A stretch of 64,000 bases of DNA from Eledone cirrhosa (lineage: Eukaryota). A program made the position numbers and the translations under genes. The notes under the pieces are model-generated. The model saw only the letters and a list, made by a program, of their open reading frames with translations, did no database searches and was not told where the DNA came from. The stretch is taken from positions 19,158,001 through 19,222,000 of the forward strand of contig OZ024756.1 of assembly GCA_964016885.1 (NCBI GenBank). The letters are read 5' to 3'. Positions 17,322 to 30,510 of this stretch are shown piece after piece (the first letter of the stretch is position 1; each line of letters begins with the position of its first letter).

Positions 17322-19503
17322 CAGTAATTGACCATTAACTGATCATTAATTGATTGATTGATGTATGAAAGGCAATTGAACAACAAGAGCTGACTGTGTA
17401 GAAAGTGGCAGCAACTAACCAGTAAGCCAGCTGTGAATAACAGTGGTGGGTTTTTTTTATTATCTAAAATTGGCTTTTAGATTCTAAAGCATGATGGGTA
17501 ATGGAGCCAACCATATGGAATAGTTCTTTGGGGTTTTTTTTATTTTTTTATTTTTCCATTTGTGTTGTGTTGTGTGTGTGTGAGTGTGAGTATGAGTGTT
17601 GGTTGGCAAGCTAAGGGAATGAATAAGATGAGAGTGGGGGAGGAGAGAAAGAGAGAATAAAGGGGAAGAGAGAAGGAAGGAGAAAAAGAAAGCAAAAAAT
17701 AATATAGAGTGTGAGAGAGAGAGAGAGTGTGTGTGAGAGAGAGGAGAGAGAGAGTGTGTGTGAGAGAGAGAGGAGAGAGAGAAAGAAAGAGAAGATAGAG
17801 TGTGAGAGAGAGAAGATAGAGTGTGAGAGGGGAGAGAGATAGAGATAGAGAATTGGGAAAAGACATTATTGATGTGGATTTACTTGTGATATAGGAAATA
17901 CTGTAGCAATGTGGCTGATGACCACATAACTGTTGGGCCTTGAGAAGCACTAAATACTGGGAGAAACATCCAAAATTGCAGGCATTCTCACTATTACCAT
18001 ACAAACTATGGAAGGAGCAGTACTGTGTGTAACAGACTGCTGTATGTCTTGGAATTTAAAGGGAATTCCTGGTCAGCTGGCATGTAGGCAGCTTAATAGC
18101 AGGCACTAGTGGGGCAAAAAAAATATAAACAAAAAAAAAATAAAATAAAAAACAGTTATACTTTTTTTTACAATTTTTCAAGTCTCTTTTTTTTTTCTGA
18201 TCAACAAAATGTCTTTTTTTTTTCCTTTTAATTTTTATTTTGGTATCTTTTTTTTTGTTGTTGCGTGCTATTCTTTCCAGTTGGTCACTCATGATTGATC
18301 TTAGTGAAGCTTTATCTCTGATCACAAGCAAGTGGTTGAATCTGTGCTGCTCAGCCATCAGTGAAGTTTGACCACAAACAACATGTGTCTCGGTCTGTTA
18401 AAAGATGGTCAATAAAATTTAGCCACAGACCACATACATACCTCCCCGCTCCTCAATATAAGTGGCCAGTAAATTTTATCCATATGGACCATACATTTCT
18501 CTGTCTAGTTAGTACAAATGGTCAGCAAAATTTGACCCTGAATCACATGTCTCTCAGCTGGTTTAGAACAGTCAGTAAAGTATGACCACAGACCACAGAC
18601 CACTGACCATAGACCCTGTGTGTGGTCAGTGTGCAAGTCTCCACTCAACTTCTCCTGTCTTTGTCAGGCTGCCATAAAAAAGCAGTTGTAAGGACAAAGA
18701 CACACTTCTTCAATGTCAAGAGTGAAGCTATTTAGCCCATGGTAATGTGTAAGACCATACAAGGCCTTATGGCTGACCAAGTGTGTACTGAATATCAAAC
18801 ACTGGAATATAATTCTGCATTGAGGCTTGGAACCAGTAAAGGGGAAAAATAGTGCAATCCACAGCCTAAATTTGCCTGCAACTGGTTGTATCAACCAAGC
18901 TGGGGTTTTTTGGCAAATTGTCTAGGATAGTTCTCACTAAAATTCAGTTGAGGATAACAGTATTGAATTAACATTTCTTTTTCTTCTTCTTCTTCTTCTG
19001 GTAATCCAACTCGGTTTGAGAGCAGAATTCAGTGAGTGGGAGTGTTAGTTTTGTGCTTTGGGTAGAAGCTACATCAGGAGAAAACAGTAAATTTCCAAGT
19101 CAAAATGAAATCTTGAACAACAGATTAGATTAAGAAATATAAATAAATTAAAATTTTAAAAACAAAAAACAACAAATAAAAAATAACAAACAAAAGAAAA
19201 AATATAAGAAATAAAAAATAAAATAATTAAAATAAAAAAAATATTCCTTATTTGGTTAGTAGTAATTTTTGTTTCCATTCATTTAACCTTCACATTGAGA
19301 TCATGTTGAATAAGGAATATAAAAGGTATTTAAAATTAAAAGGAAAAATAAATGATATTAGAAAAAAATAAATAAGGCATAAATAAAAATTAATGAAGTA
19401 AAATACGATGGGTATATATATACTTGTCTCCGAACGATGTTTGATCTTCTACCAATACATAAACTTTCCGTTAAACCTTAACTTAAAGAAACTGACTGTA
19501 AGT

Positions 19504-19985
19504 TTAACGATATATTGATGTCCTTGCAGAATTTGATGAGGTTGGAGATTCTGTAGGTGTCTGTTGAATGCTGCTATAAGGCTGGTACACTGATGACGTT
19601 AAAGCAGTCTGTGTATTAGATTGTAACGTTGACAAGTTCAAAGGAGGTATATCTTGGGGCCTATAAACTATAAAGGATGTGGGGGGTTGTTTCCGCTTTT
19701 TGCGATGAGTCCGTACATGTCCGAGTAAGGAAGATTCTGAGTCCACTCTACCAAAACTACTCTGATATGAAGACGGGAACGAACTGCTGTAGTGAGAACT
19801 ATGTGATGCCGATATGGCGGAATAAGTCCTGTCTGTTGGAATTTCACGCAGAGATTCAACAGAATCTGAATGATAGCTAGTTCCTGGGCCAGAGGCTGGT
19901 ATCTGTATAGGTGGTACTGACCGAAACACCATAATGGGAGTCAAAGGTAAGTCATAACGACTGTGGCCAGAAGCAACTCTTCGAT
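19504..19985 (-). CDS. ZDHHC1: ZDHHC1/11-like terminal coding exon (DRRVASGH...RTSIYR*), Ser-rich tail
   Basis: ttttcAG acceptor, phase 1, 159 open codons to TAA. Unique, non-repeat sequence. Confidence 0.78.
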
Positions 19986-20569
19986 CTGAAAATAAAGAAA
20001 GGTAAATTGTTATTAACTCTTTAGTTACCAACCCAGCCAAAAACTGGCTCTGGTTTTATGAAATAAAGTCACTCATTTTGAATGTTTCCAATTTATATTA
20101 AAATCTTCCAAACATGATTTTATATAAGAACCTTACATTAAGTTACTATCCAGTAATGAAATAACGATTTTAGTAAATCCTCAAAATTCTTCATTAATAA
20201 TTAATATAGAGAGTTCCTATTTAAATTAAAATCTACAAAATAATTTTATATAAGAACTTTACATTAAGTTACTATCTTAGTAATGAAATAATTAATAATT
20301 TTTAGTAAATCCCTCAAAATTCTTTATTAATTAATTAAAATAGAGGGTTCCTATTTAAATTAAAATCTTCCAACATAATTTTATATAAGAAGAATCTTGA
20401 AGCAAACACTCAATAAACTGTCCTTATAAAAGACATACACAATAAACTTTGTAAATGTTTTAAATATATGCTCAAAGTTACTCTTAAAATTTGAAATTGA
20501 ACTTAACCCTCACCAGGCAGAACTGAAAAGAGGCAACTTCAACAACAAACAACTTCAATTCCAAATGCA

Positions 20570-21125
20570 AACTGTTATTATAACTTATAACAGATATTCA
20601 GGGTAACCACTTTAATACTCTAGATAACTATTACAACAGATAAAATAGATATTTAGGGTAGTCACTCTAATACTAATGAGAACTGTTATTATAACAGATA
20701 AAACAGATATTTAGAGTGGTCACTAATACTATAGTGAACTGTTATTGTAACTTATAACAGATAAAACATATTTAAGGTGGTCACTAATATTATAGAGAAC
20801 TGTTATTATAACTTATTATAAGCGATAAACAGATATTTAAGGTGGTCACTCCAATACTCTAGAGAACTTATTATAACAAATAAACAGATATTTAAGGTGG
20901 TCACTCCAATACTCTAGAGAACTTATTATAACAAATAAACAGATATTTAAGGTGGTCACTCCAATACTCTAGAGAACTTATTATAACAAATAAACAGATA
21001 TTTAAGATAGCCACTCTAATACTCTAGATAACTTATTATAACAGATAAACAGATATTCAGGGTGATCACTAATACTCTAAATAACTGTTAGAACAGATAT
21101 TTAAATTGATCACTCTAATACACAA
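20570..21125. repeat. ~55-60-bp minisatellite
   Basis: Repeated ataaacagatatttaaggtggtcactccaatactctagagaac unit. Confidence 0.9.
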
Positions 21126-21280
21126 ATAAACAGATAGAGTGCTGAGGGTGGTGATGGTGGTGATGATGATATGCGTATGAACAAAGGCAACAATAAGACA
21201 AGTGTAGCAATAAAGAAATAAGAAACAGTTCCACTATGATAGTAGAACTGAAACCAGGATCAATAAAAAATGTTATTTAC

Positions 21281-21377
21281 CTCTAGTCATGGCAAAAAGT
21301 TCACGCTCTGTTACCGAATGTGAAATTTTTCGATCTTTCTTTCGTTTCCTTCTCTTTTTTACAGGGTCTTTGTCAAG
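21281..21377 (-). CDS. ZDHHC1: ZDHHC1/11-like exon 11 (LDKDPVKKRRKRKKDRKISHSVTERELFAMTR)
   Basis: ttcttAG and GTAAAT sites, 97 nt, phase 0 to 1. Polybasic cluster. Confidence 0.75.
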
Positions 21378-21869
21378 CTAAGAAAAACAAATCAAAGCAA
21401 AACCTCAAAACCAATTCCATGCAGAAAACAACAATATCCCTTATTTTGTTTCACTTATTTAAATTTGAGAACAAAGCATCCAAATAAAATTAGTATATAT
21501 GGTTTGTCTCAAAAACAACATTTGAAGTACTTCTAATCAAATTCTTTAAATGAGAGTTGCTAGAGCTACTACTTCTCTGAATTGAGAGATCACAGCTCTG
21601 ATACTATGGACATGTGGTTAGAATGTCTCAGGAAAGAATCACTGGATACCGGAGATGTCTTATTTTTTTCTTTTTTCTTTCTAACACTTCTACGTGCCAA
21701 ACACACTTCTCCTTATTCCCCTCCTCTCTCAATCATTTTTATAGCATTGATCTCTGACCTTACAAGTATTTTTACCTACGCTGCCATTGACAGCATTTGG
21801 TTGTTCAAGTTTTCTCATTTTTCTATGAATATCATCAACATTGTTTAACACCCATTTTCCACACAAGCA

Positions 21870-21901
<32 letters not shown>

Positions 21902-21995
21902 AGCAAAAGAGATATTTAATTTGTTGGTAATTCAACAAATATATATGTTTATAACTGATTCGAAGCACTCGACAGGTTTTCTGGAGTATAATATT

Positions 21996-22406
21996 CAATG
22001 ATATTAAATAAATGGAAACTATATTTATTCTATTATATATATTTCAAGGGTACCAAAACTTTGGTACGCTCTCATCAGATAAAATACAAAGTTTGTTTTA
22101 TAAATATTGACATATCCAGTCGAGGGACCTTCCCTCACGTCTATGTCAACAAGACAATCCAACGAGGATACTATCACATTTTACCACCCTGTCAACTCAC
22201 GATCAATCATTCATCTACCCTGCTAAAGGTTCAAGTTATTCCAGGAATAACTTGAACTGTTAAGATCTTCTTCCTGGTTATGTCAATATTTATAAAACAA
22301 ACTTTGTATTTTATCTGATGAGAGCGTACCAAAGTTTTGGTACCCTTGAAATATATATAATAGAATAAATATGGTTTTATAAATATAGTTTCCATTTATT
22401 TAATAT

Positions 22407-22411
<5 letters not shown>
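21996..22411. mobile_element. Foldback hammerhead element 2 (~125-bp arms, ~155-nt loop with internal hairpin; tail to ~21901)
   Basis: Arms at 21996-22119 and 22274-22411, flanked by (TA)n. Confidence 0.88.
22307..22367 (+). ncRNA. Type I hammerhead ribozyme (mirror copy on - at 22026-22086)
   Basis: tattttat-CTGATGA-gagcgtaccaaa/tttggtaccctt-GAAA-TATATA-TA-atagaata. Stem I is 8 bp. Confidence 0.82.
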
Positions 22412-22449
<38 letters not shown>

Positions 22450-22488
22450 GAAAACAAGGCGTGCTACGTGGTTGCAAATGGGTTACAT

Positions 22489-23293
22489 ATGAATAAATTT
22501 AGTCCTTCATCAGCGATCTTCCAACCTTCATTGGTATTTCATCGCTTTAAAGGCCATATACCTCTGGTTGGTGCGAGCAACGGCTAAAGAAAGTCGTTGG
22601 GACACGTAAATAGGGGGAATGAGCGAGACAGTAAACAAAGAAAGAAAGATGGTAATGCCACGAAAATTGAGGAAGAAGGAGTCAAGTCCCTCAAATCGAT
22701 GAACATAAGTTCTGTGAAATCGTGGACGAGAGAGAATAAAGACCATCCAACCTGGTCGAAATGTGAGTAAGGTCAAACGGGAGGAAGTAGGAGAGGGAGT
22801 AAAAGGAAGTGAGAAATACAGAGAAAAGGGAAGCAGTAAGAAAGAAACAGACGGGTCACAGCGGAGGATCCCCTTTTCTCTGTATCTCTCACTTCCTTTT
22901 ACCCCCTCTAACAGTCACTCTCTCTGTTAGCCTCTTCCTCACACTTTCACTCACTCACTCTCTGCTACTCCCTCTCCTACTTCCTCCCATTTGACCTGTG
23001 CAAAATTCTTTCCTTACTCACATTTCGACCAGGTTGGATGGTCTTTATTCTCTCTCATCCACGATTTCACAGAACTTATGTTCATCGATTTCAGGGACTT
23101 GACTCCTTCTTCCTCACTTTTCATTGCATTACCATCTTTCTTTCTTTGTTTACTGTCTCGCTCGTTCCCCCTATTTACGTGTCCCAACAACTTTCTTTAG
23201 CCGTTGCTCGCACCAACCAGAGGTATATGGTCTTTAAAGCGATGAAATACCAATGAAGGTTGGAAGATCACTGATGAAGGACTAAATTTATTC
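22489..23293. mobile_element. Large nested foldback (~280-bp arms) with truncated hammerhead cores
   Basis: About 22490-22772 is inverted relative to about 23012-23293. Inner inverted pairs: 22771-22801/22966-22996 and 22800-22830/22871-22901. Both arms end after CTGATGAaggactaaa. Confidence 0.8.
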
Positions 23294-23331
<38 letters not shown>

Positions 23332-23918
23332 AAAAAGTGTGGATGTTAGAAAACGCTCCGTACAGCTTATATTATATAAGGAAAATGATAATAAAAAATG
23401 GTTTAAGGGTTTGAAAAGCGCACCTGATATATAAACATATATATATATATTCAAGGACAGAAGCAACCTAAACCAACATGGTCAAGAATCAGCATGCAGG
23501 AGTTTTAATGAGAAAAAAAAAACAATTTAACCTAGTAACAGATCTTATGTTTTGATAATCCGACATGGAGAAAGTGAGCTTTGCTAAACATCATTAATTT
23601 TTTAATGAACTGGGTAATTGCTGGCCTTGTGCCTAAAGTAGAAACAATTAATTTTTGTACATGTTATAAAGATCTTATATATATATATATATATATATAT
23701 ATTTACAAGGGCGGTGCCCCAGCATGGCCTCAGCCGGATGGCTGAAACAGGTAAAAGAGTAAAAGAGTATATATATATATCTCAGGTGTGCTTTTCAAAC
23801 CCTTTTTTGTTATCATATATATATATATATATATGTACGTATGTATATAAGATATTTATATGATCTTCGTTATTAAGGTTTTTATAGTTTTCAGGATTTT
23901 AGAGAAGCTATTACTTAC

Positions 23919-24015
23919 CCTAGCTGAAGAAACTTGTTTGGAATCTTTATCTTTACAGGATAATTTATCGATGGAAACATCATCTCCAGGGTGCCGAGGA
24001 ACAGTTGAACGGATT
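23919..24015 (-). CDS. ZDHHC1: ZDHHC1/11-like exon 10 (IRSTVPRHPGDDVSIDK...VSSAR)
   Basis: ttttacAG and GTAAGT sites, 97 nt, phase 2 to 0. Confidence 0.75.
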
Positions 24016-24471
24016 CTGTAAAATAGAGACAGTAGATAAATGTATTGACTGAAGTTATACAGAATTATATTGAAGTTATATAGGATATAGGATAATGCAC
24101 TCAAGTAAAAGAGATTAGAATAGTTGTATATGTATTATGTAACATCAACACATATATATATATATATATGCCTTACCCATACTATTATTATCCCCCCTGT
24201 ATCCGACTATATCCTTCCTAACCCCCACCCCAAATCAATCACAGTAACCACTGTCCTTTGATATAAAGTGGGCAATCTTTCGCCCTGTATCTGATGCTAT
24301 ACCTTTCCTACCCCTTCTCCAATAGAAAGTGGGCAATCTTTCACTCCTCTATAGAATGGAGAAGAAAGATTTGCTTCTGTTAGCTCAATACTGATTTCCA
24401 GGGAACAATAGTCAGAAAATGGTGTTGCTGGTGATGGTGATGGTGGTAGTAATAACAGAAATAGTAACAAT

Positions 24472-27022
24472 AGCATTAGTAGCTGTAGCAGCATTAGTAG
24501 CTGTAGCAGCATTAGTAGCTGTAGTGGCTTTAGTAGCTGTAGTACCATTAGTAGCTGTAGTACCATTAGTAGCTGAAGTACCATTAGTAGCTGTAGCACC
24601 ATTAGTAGCTGTGGTGGCATTAGTAGCTATAGTACCATTAGTAGCTATAGTACCATTAGTAGTTATAGTACCATTAGTAGCTATAGTACCATTAGTAGCT
24701 ATAGTACCATTAGTAGTTATAGTACCATTAGTAGCTATAGTACCATTAGTAGTTATAGTACCATTAGTAGCTATAGTACCATTAGTAGTTATAGTACCAT
24801 TAGTAGCTGTAGTACCATTAGTAGTTATAGTACCATTAGTAGTTATAGTACCATTAGTAGTTATAGTACCATTAGTAGCTATAGTACCATTAGTAGCTAT
24901 AGTACCATTAGTAGCTGTAGTACCATTAGTAGTTGTAGTACCATTAGTAGCTATAGTACCATTAGTAGTTATAGTACCATTAGTAGCTGTAGTACCATTA
25001 GTAGCTGTAGTACCATTAGTAGCTGTAGTACCATTAGTAGCTATAGTACCATTAGTAGCTGTAGTACCATTAGTAGCTGTAGTACCATTAGTAGCTGTAG
25101 TACCATTAGTAGCTGTAGTACCATTAGTAGCTGTAGTGGCATTAGTAGCTGTAGTGGCATTAGTAGCTGTAATACCATTAGTAGCTGTAGTACCATTAGT
25201 AGCTGAAGTACCATTAGTAGCTATAGTACCATTAGTAGCTGTAATACCATTAGTAGCTGTAGTACCATTAGTAGCTGTAGTGGCATTAGTAGCTGTAATA
25301 CCATTAGTAGTTATAGTACCATTAGTAGCTGTAGTACCATTAGTAGCTATAGTACCATTAGTAGTTATAGTACCATTAGTAGCTGTAGTACCATTAGTAG
25401 CTGTAGTACCATTAGTAGCTGTAGTGGCATTAGTAGCTGTAGTGGCATTAGTAGCTGTAGTGGCATTAGTAGCTGTAATACCATTAGTAGTTATAGTACC
25501 ATTAGTAGTTATAGTACCATTAGTAGCTGTAGTACCATTAGTAGCTGTAGTACCATTAGTAGCTGTAATACCATTAGTAGTTATAGTACCATTAGTAGCT
25601 ATAGTACCATTAGTAGCTGTAGTACCATTAGTAGCTGTAATACCATTAGTAGTTATAGTACCATTAGTAGTTATAGTACCATTAGTAGTTATAGTACCAT
25701 TAGTAGCTGTAGTACCATTAGTAGCTGTAGTACCATTAGTAGCTATAGTACCATTAGTAGCTGAAGTACCATTAGTAGCTGTAATACCATTAGTAGCTGT
25801 AGTACCATTAGTAGTTATAGTACCATTAGTAGCTGTAATACCATTAGTAGCTATAGTACCATTAGTAGCTGAAGTACCATTAGTAGCTGTAGTACCATTA
25901 GTAGCTGTAGTACCATTAGTAGCTGTAATACCATTAGTAGTTATAGTACCATTAGTAGCTGTAGTGGCATTAGTAGCTGAAGTACCATTAGTAGCTGTAA
26001 TACCATTAGTAGCTGTAGTACCATTAGTAGCTGAAGTACCATTAGTAGCTGAAGTACCATTAGTAGCTGTAATACCATTAGTAGCTGTAATACCATTAGT
26101 AGTTATAGTACCATTAGTAGCTGTAGTGGCATTAGTAGCTGAAGTACCATTAGTAGCTGTAATACCATTAGTAGTTGTAGTACCATTAGTAGCTGTAGTA
26201 CCATTAGTAGCTGTAATACCATTAGTAGCTGTAATACCATTAGTAGTTATAGTACCATTAGTAGCTGTAGTGGCATTAGTAGCTGAAGTACCATTAGTAG
26301 CTGTAATACCATTAGTAGCTGTAATACCATTAGTAGTTGTAGTACCATTAGTAGCTGTAATACCATTAGTAGTTATAGTACCATTAGTAGCTGTAGTACC
26401 ATTAGTAGCTGAAGTACCATTAGTAGCTGAAGTACCATTAGTAGCTGTAATACCATTAGTAGCTGTAATACCATTAGTAGTTATAGTACCATTAGTAGCT
26501 GTAGTGGCATTAGTAGCTGAAGTACCATTAGTAGCTATAGTACCATTAGTAGTTATAGTACCATTAGTAGCTATAGTACCATTAGTAGCTGAAGTACCAT
26601 TAGTAGCTGTAATACCATTAGTAGCTGTAATACCATTAGTAGTTATAGTACCATTAGTAGCTGTAGTGGCATTAGTAGCTGAAGTACCATTAGTAGCTGT
26701 AATACCATTAGTAGCTGTAATACCATTAGTAGTTGTAGTACCATTAGTAGTTATAGTACCATTAGTAGCTGAAGTACCATTAGTAGTTGTAGTACCATTA
26801 GTAGTTATAGTACCATTAGTAGCTGAAGTACCATTAGTAGCTATAGTACCATTAGTAGCTGTAATACCATTAGTAGTTGTAGTACCATTAGTAGTTATAG
26901 TACCATTAGTAGCTGAAGTACCATTAGTAGCTGAAGTACCATTAGTAGCTGTAATACCATTAGTAGCTGTAATACCATTAGTAGTTGTAGTACCATTAGT
27001 AGTTGTAGTACCATTAGTAGCT
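24472..27022. repeat. 18-bp minisatellite (ccattagtagYtRtagta), about 140 units, intronic
   Basis: Strict 18-bp period with a few variant units. Confidence 0.97.
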
Positions 27023-28034
27023 AAAGTCATACAAATCTTTTACAACCACTTTTCCTCCAGCTCCCTTTCTCCCACTTTTTAGCAAAAATCTCAGATACTT
27101 TTGCATATTTACCTCACCTTTCTGTTTAAAATATCTTGTCATTGTTTCTTTCCAAGCTTCTCACATAAATCCCCACTGCCATCCTCATCATTTAACGTCA
27201 GTTTTCCTCCTTAAATGATGATAATGATGATGATGTAATATATATATATAGAGAGAGAGATGAGGTGGGAAGTTATGATAATTCCTTGCTTGTTGCCCAG
27301 AAACCTTTGAAGAGGTCATCTTAATGTAGCAGTATATAAATACACTTATTAATTCAACATTTAAAATCTGTGCTACTAACCACTGCAACTAAATCGACCA
27401 AATTTGTCACAGTTATTCCCTTGCTAAATAGTATTCAAAAATATTTCATGTCGAGTGCAGTAATTTCACAGAAGAAATATTAAAAAATAGGCATTTTCTC
27501 CTGCTCGTTAATTACAACTCGTTAAGACAAACATTTAATGAAAAAATTGAAGATTTTAATATTTGCAAAAAAAAAAAAAAATACAACAACAACAACAACA
27601 ACAACAAATAAAGTTAGATAAATATAAAGTATTTTAATTCTTTCATGCCTAATTCAACTATATTTAATCTTTAGCACGCTGCCTGCGACAAATTGCGACA
27701 AGAGAGTAATCTCCCCTTAATTCATAATGCAATGTCAAGGGAAGCAATTCATAGAAAGATTCAGCATGCTAAAGGTTGATTTACACGAAAATGTTAGGTC
27801 CAAATCTGTCTATGTAATTTGGCCTGCTCATGCAACTTTAGCTCATTGACAACATGGTTTACAGTTAGCTAGGTTATATATGTAGTACCCCTTAAGTAAT
27901 GCTGCTGGTAATTATAAAATATGATACCAAAATCATTAACGGCATGATTTAGAGTTAGATTAGTCGTACTTAGTAGCAGACATTAAATGACGCTACCAGT
28001 AGCTGTAGTCAGTGAAATAACTAATGTACTAATA

Positions 28035-28474
28035 TACGAGGGTTGACTGAAAAGTCCATAAACTGACCAAGATACTCTCATGGAATGACCAAATGAGGTT
28101 TATTTTTACAACATAGTCCCTGGAAAGAAACGATGCAGTTAATAAGAAGAGATGAAATGAATGCATGCAAGATTTCACAGCTCTAGCATCCCTCCATCGT
28201 AGTCAGCCTATGAACCTTTCTGTCCACCCTCGTGTGTGTGTGTGTGTACATATATATATACATATATATACACACACACAAGGGTTGGCTGAAAAGTTCA
28301 TAGGCTGACCAAGATACTCTCATGGAATGACCAAATGGGGTTTATTTTTCAACATAATCCTTGGAAAGAAACAATGCAGTTGTTAATAAGAGATGAAATG
28401 AATGTATGCAAGATTTCACAGCTCTAACATACCTCCTCCATAGACAGCCAATGAACTTTTCAGTTGACTCTTGT
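28035..28474. mobile_element. Two tandem mariner-type MITEs (third, inverted, at ~61334-61524)
   Basis: TA-CGAGGGT..GCTGAAAAGTTC / GAAC..TTC..CACCCTCGT TIRs. Confidence 0.75.
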
Positions 28475-29169
28475 AGTTAGTAGAATTATGATATATGGAG
28501 TAGCCAATACTCAGATGCTACCATCAGCTACAGACTGACAAATCTGTAGACACACTGATGACTGCGTATGGTAAGAAAAGACTCTACTATACTTCTAGTG
28601 GCCATCTTGATTCATGGCTGTAGTCACTGTAAATGTTACCAGCAATTGCTAACTAAGGTAAAGAACTAATTCTAGTTAATCTATTACTCCATTACGTGTT
28701 CCAGTCGACAGGTCGAGGCCATGCTGGAGCATTGTCATTTAGTTGTTTTGTTTTTTTAAACTTCAATCTATTCTGGTTTTAATTAAAATTCTATCAATAC
28801 TTTTACAAATTAATCGTTTAGGACCTAATTGTAATTCCACTTCACATTCACTGCTTCTCTTCAATCTTTTTATATAAACATAATAGCTAATAGTGAGAAC
28901 TCTGGCAATTTCTTGCTTCTCGCAAAGAATTCTTGCTACAACAAGAGGCAGATTAATCTTCAATGTACATAAAAGAGCAAAGACATCTCTACCTTCTTTA
29001 GAAATTAGTTTCAACTTCTTTTCCTTTCAAGCTCATCTGTTTCCCTTGCAAATAAATAGTATAACATAATCATATTCTATCCAAGAAAATCCCTTCTTAC
29101 ATATTTCAACCTTCAAATAGTTCGTCAGCTGATTCAAATCTTTCAACCAACCAATTATTTGACTATCTG

Positions 29170-29470
29170 TCAATCGCTCAACTAAATATTTGATCATTTG
29201 TCATGTGCTAAGATCAAACAAACCCTTAATCACTCAACTAAATATTTGAACATTTGTCTTGAGGTAAGATCAAATATACCCTTCAATCACTTAACTTATT
29301 ATTTGACCATTTGTCATGTGATAAGATCAAATATACCCTTTAATCTATAGTTTATAATTATTTGATCGTTTGTCATGGGATACGATCAAACATACACTTT
29401 AATCGCTCAACTAAATATTTGATCATTTGTCTTATGACAAGATCAAATATACACTTTAATCTATAGTTTA
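29170..29470. repeat. Diverged ~60-bp tandem repeat
   Basis: Repeated tatttgatcatttgtc...aagatcaaa unit. Confidence 0.75.
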
Positions 29471-30116
29471 CATAATGATCCAGCTCACTAAAGTAGATTG
29501 GGTTTGAAATGAAGTGAAATTAAATGAATTTGATCAATAACAGTTCTCACTGAAGTCTGGGATCTTGTCAATCAATTCAATTGATTATTAAAACCACAAT
29601 TGTTTCTATAAAACATATTCTTCAAATTTCTTTTTAAATAACTTTTTGTTTTGTCAAACAATAAGGCCAGTGAGAACCAAAGCCAGGTTTGATTTCATTC
29701 TTAATGATCATGAAGTCACTATGTTGAAAACACATGAATTTCAAAGACAATACAAGAGACATTGAAAACTGTGGAATTTATATTTCTCCAAAGTAAGCCA
29801 AATTGTTTCTAATAGGAATTAGAGTTGGAATGCCTATTTTATTCTCCAATAACTTTCTGCTGCATGTTTGATACAAAGCCATATATATATATATATATTC
29901 TTCTTTGCCCACTTATTCCTGTGAGTGTCTTGGGGGAAGAGTCCTTAGACACCCCTTCCACTGGCTTCTGTCAGAAGCAACCATCTCCAATTGATCAGGC
30001 AGGATTCCCAAGCGAGACCATATACATGTTGATATGTTAAACAGAGATGAAGTAAGTAACTATGGCACTAGTCAACTGGCAATAGTTCTGAGTTAAAATA
30101 ATTGTTCTGTGTTAAA

Positions 30117-30510
30117 ATAATTGTTTCTACTTTTGGCACAAGGCCAGCAAATTACCAGTGTATTACTGGTACTTTATTTTATCGACCCCATAAGGATGAA
30201 AGGCAAAATTAACCTCAGCGGGATTTGAACTCAGAATGGCAAGGGCCGTAACTCTATGCATCAAAGCATGGCGTCCGACCCTCTACCGATACTGCCAATC
30301 CACCGTTCTGTGTTAAAATAATGATAAACATTATGTGGTGTGTGAGCGGTGGATTGGCAGTATCGGTAGAGGGTTGGACGCCATGCTTTGACGCATAGAG
30401 TTACGGCCCTTGCCATTCTGAGTTCAAATCCCGTCGAGGTTAACTTTGCCTTTCATCCTTACGGGGTCGATAAAATAAAGTACCAGTAATGTACTGGTTA
30501 GAAACAATTA
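30117..30510. mobile_element. Head-to-head pair of tRNA-derived SINEs; same family at ~1100-1240, 3685-3830, 31435-31640, 35650-35840, 38500-38650, 52990-53133, 56550-56720, 57266-57690, 61075-61260, 63445-63597
   Basis: B-box GAGTTCAAATCC and core gaggttaactttgcctttcatcctt.cggggtcgataaa. Each copy has its own 16-18-bp TSD. Confidence 0.85.

Noticed and set aside
15210-17327. 705-aa V/M/G/D-rich ORF
   Set aside because: GGT/GAT trinucleotide array that is open on both strands, with composition switching at frame slips. No domain or splice support.
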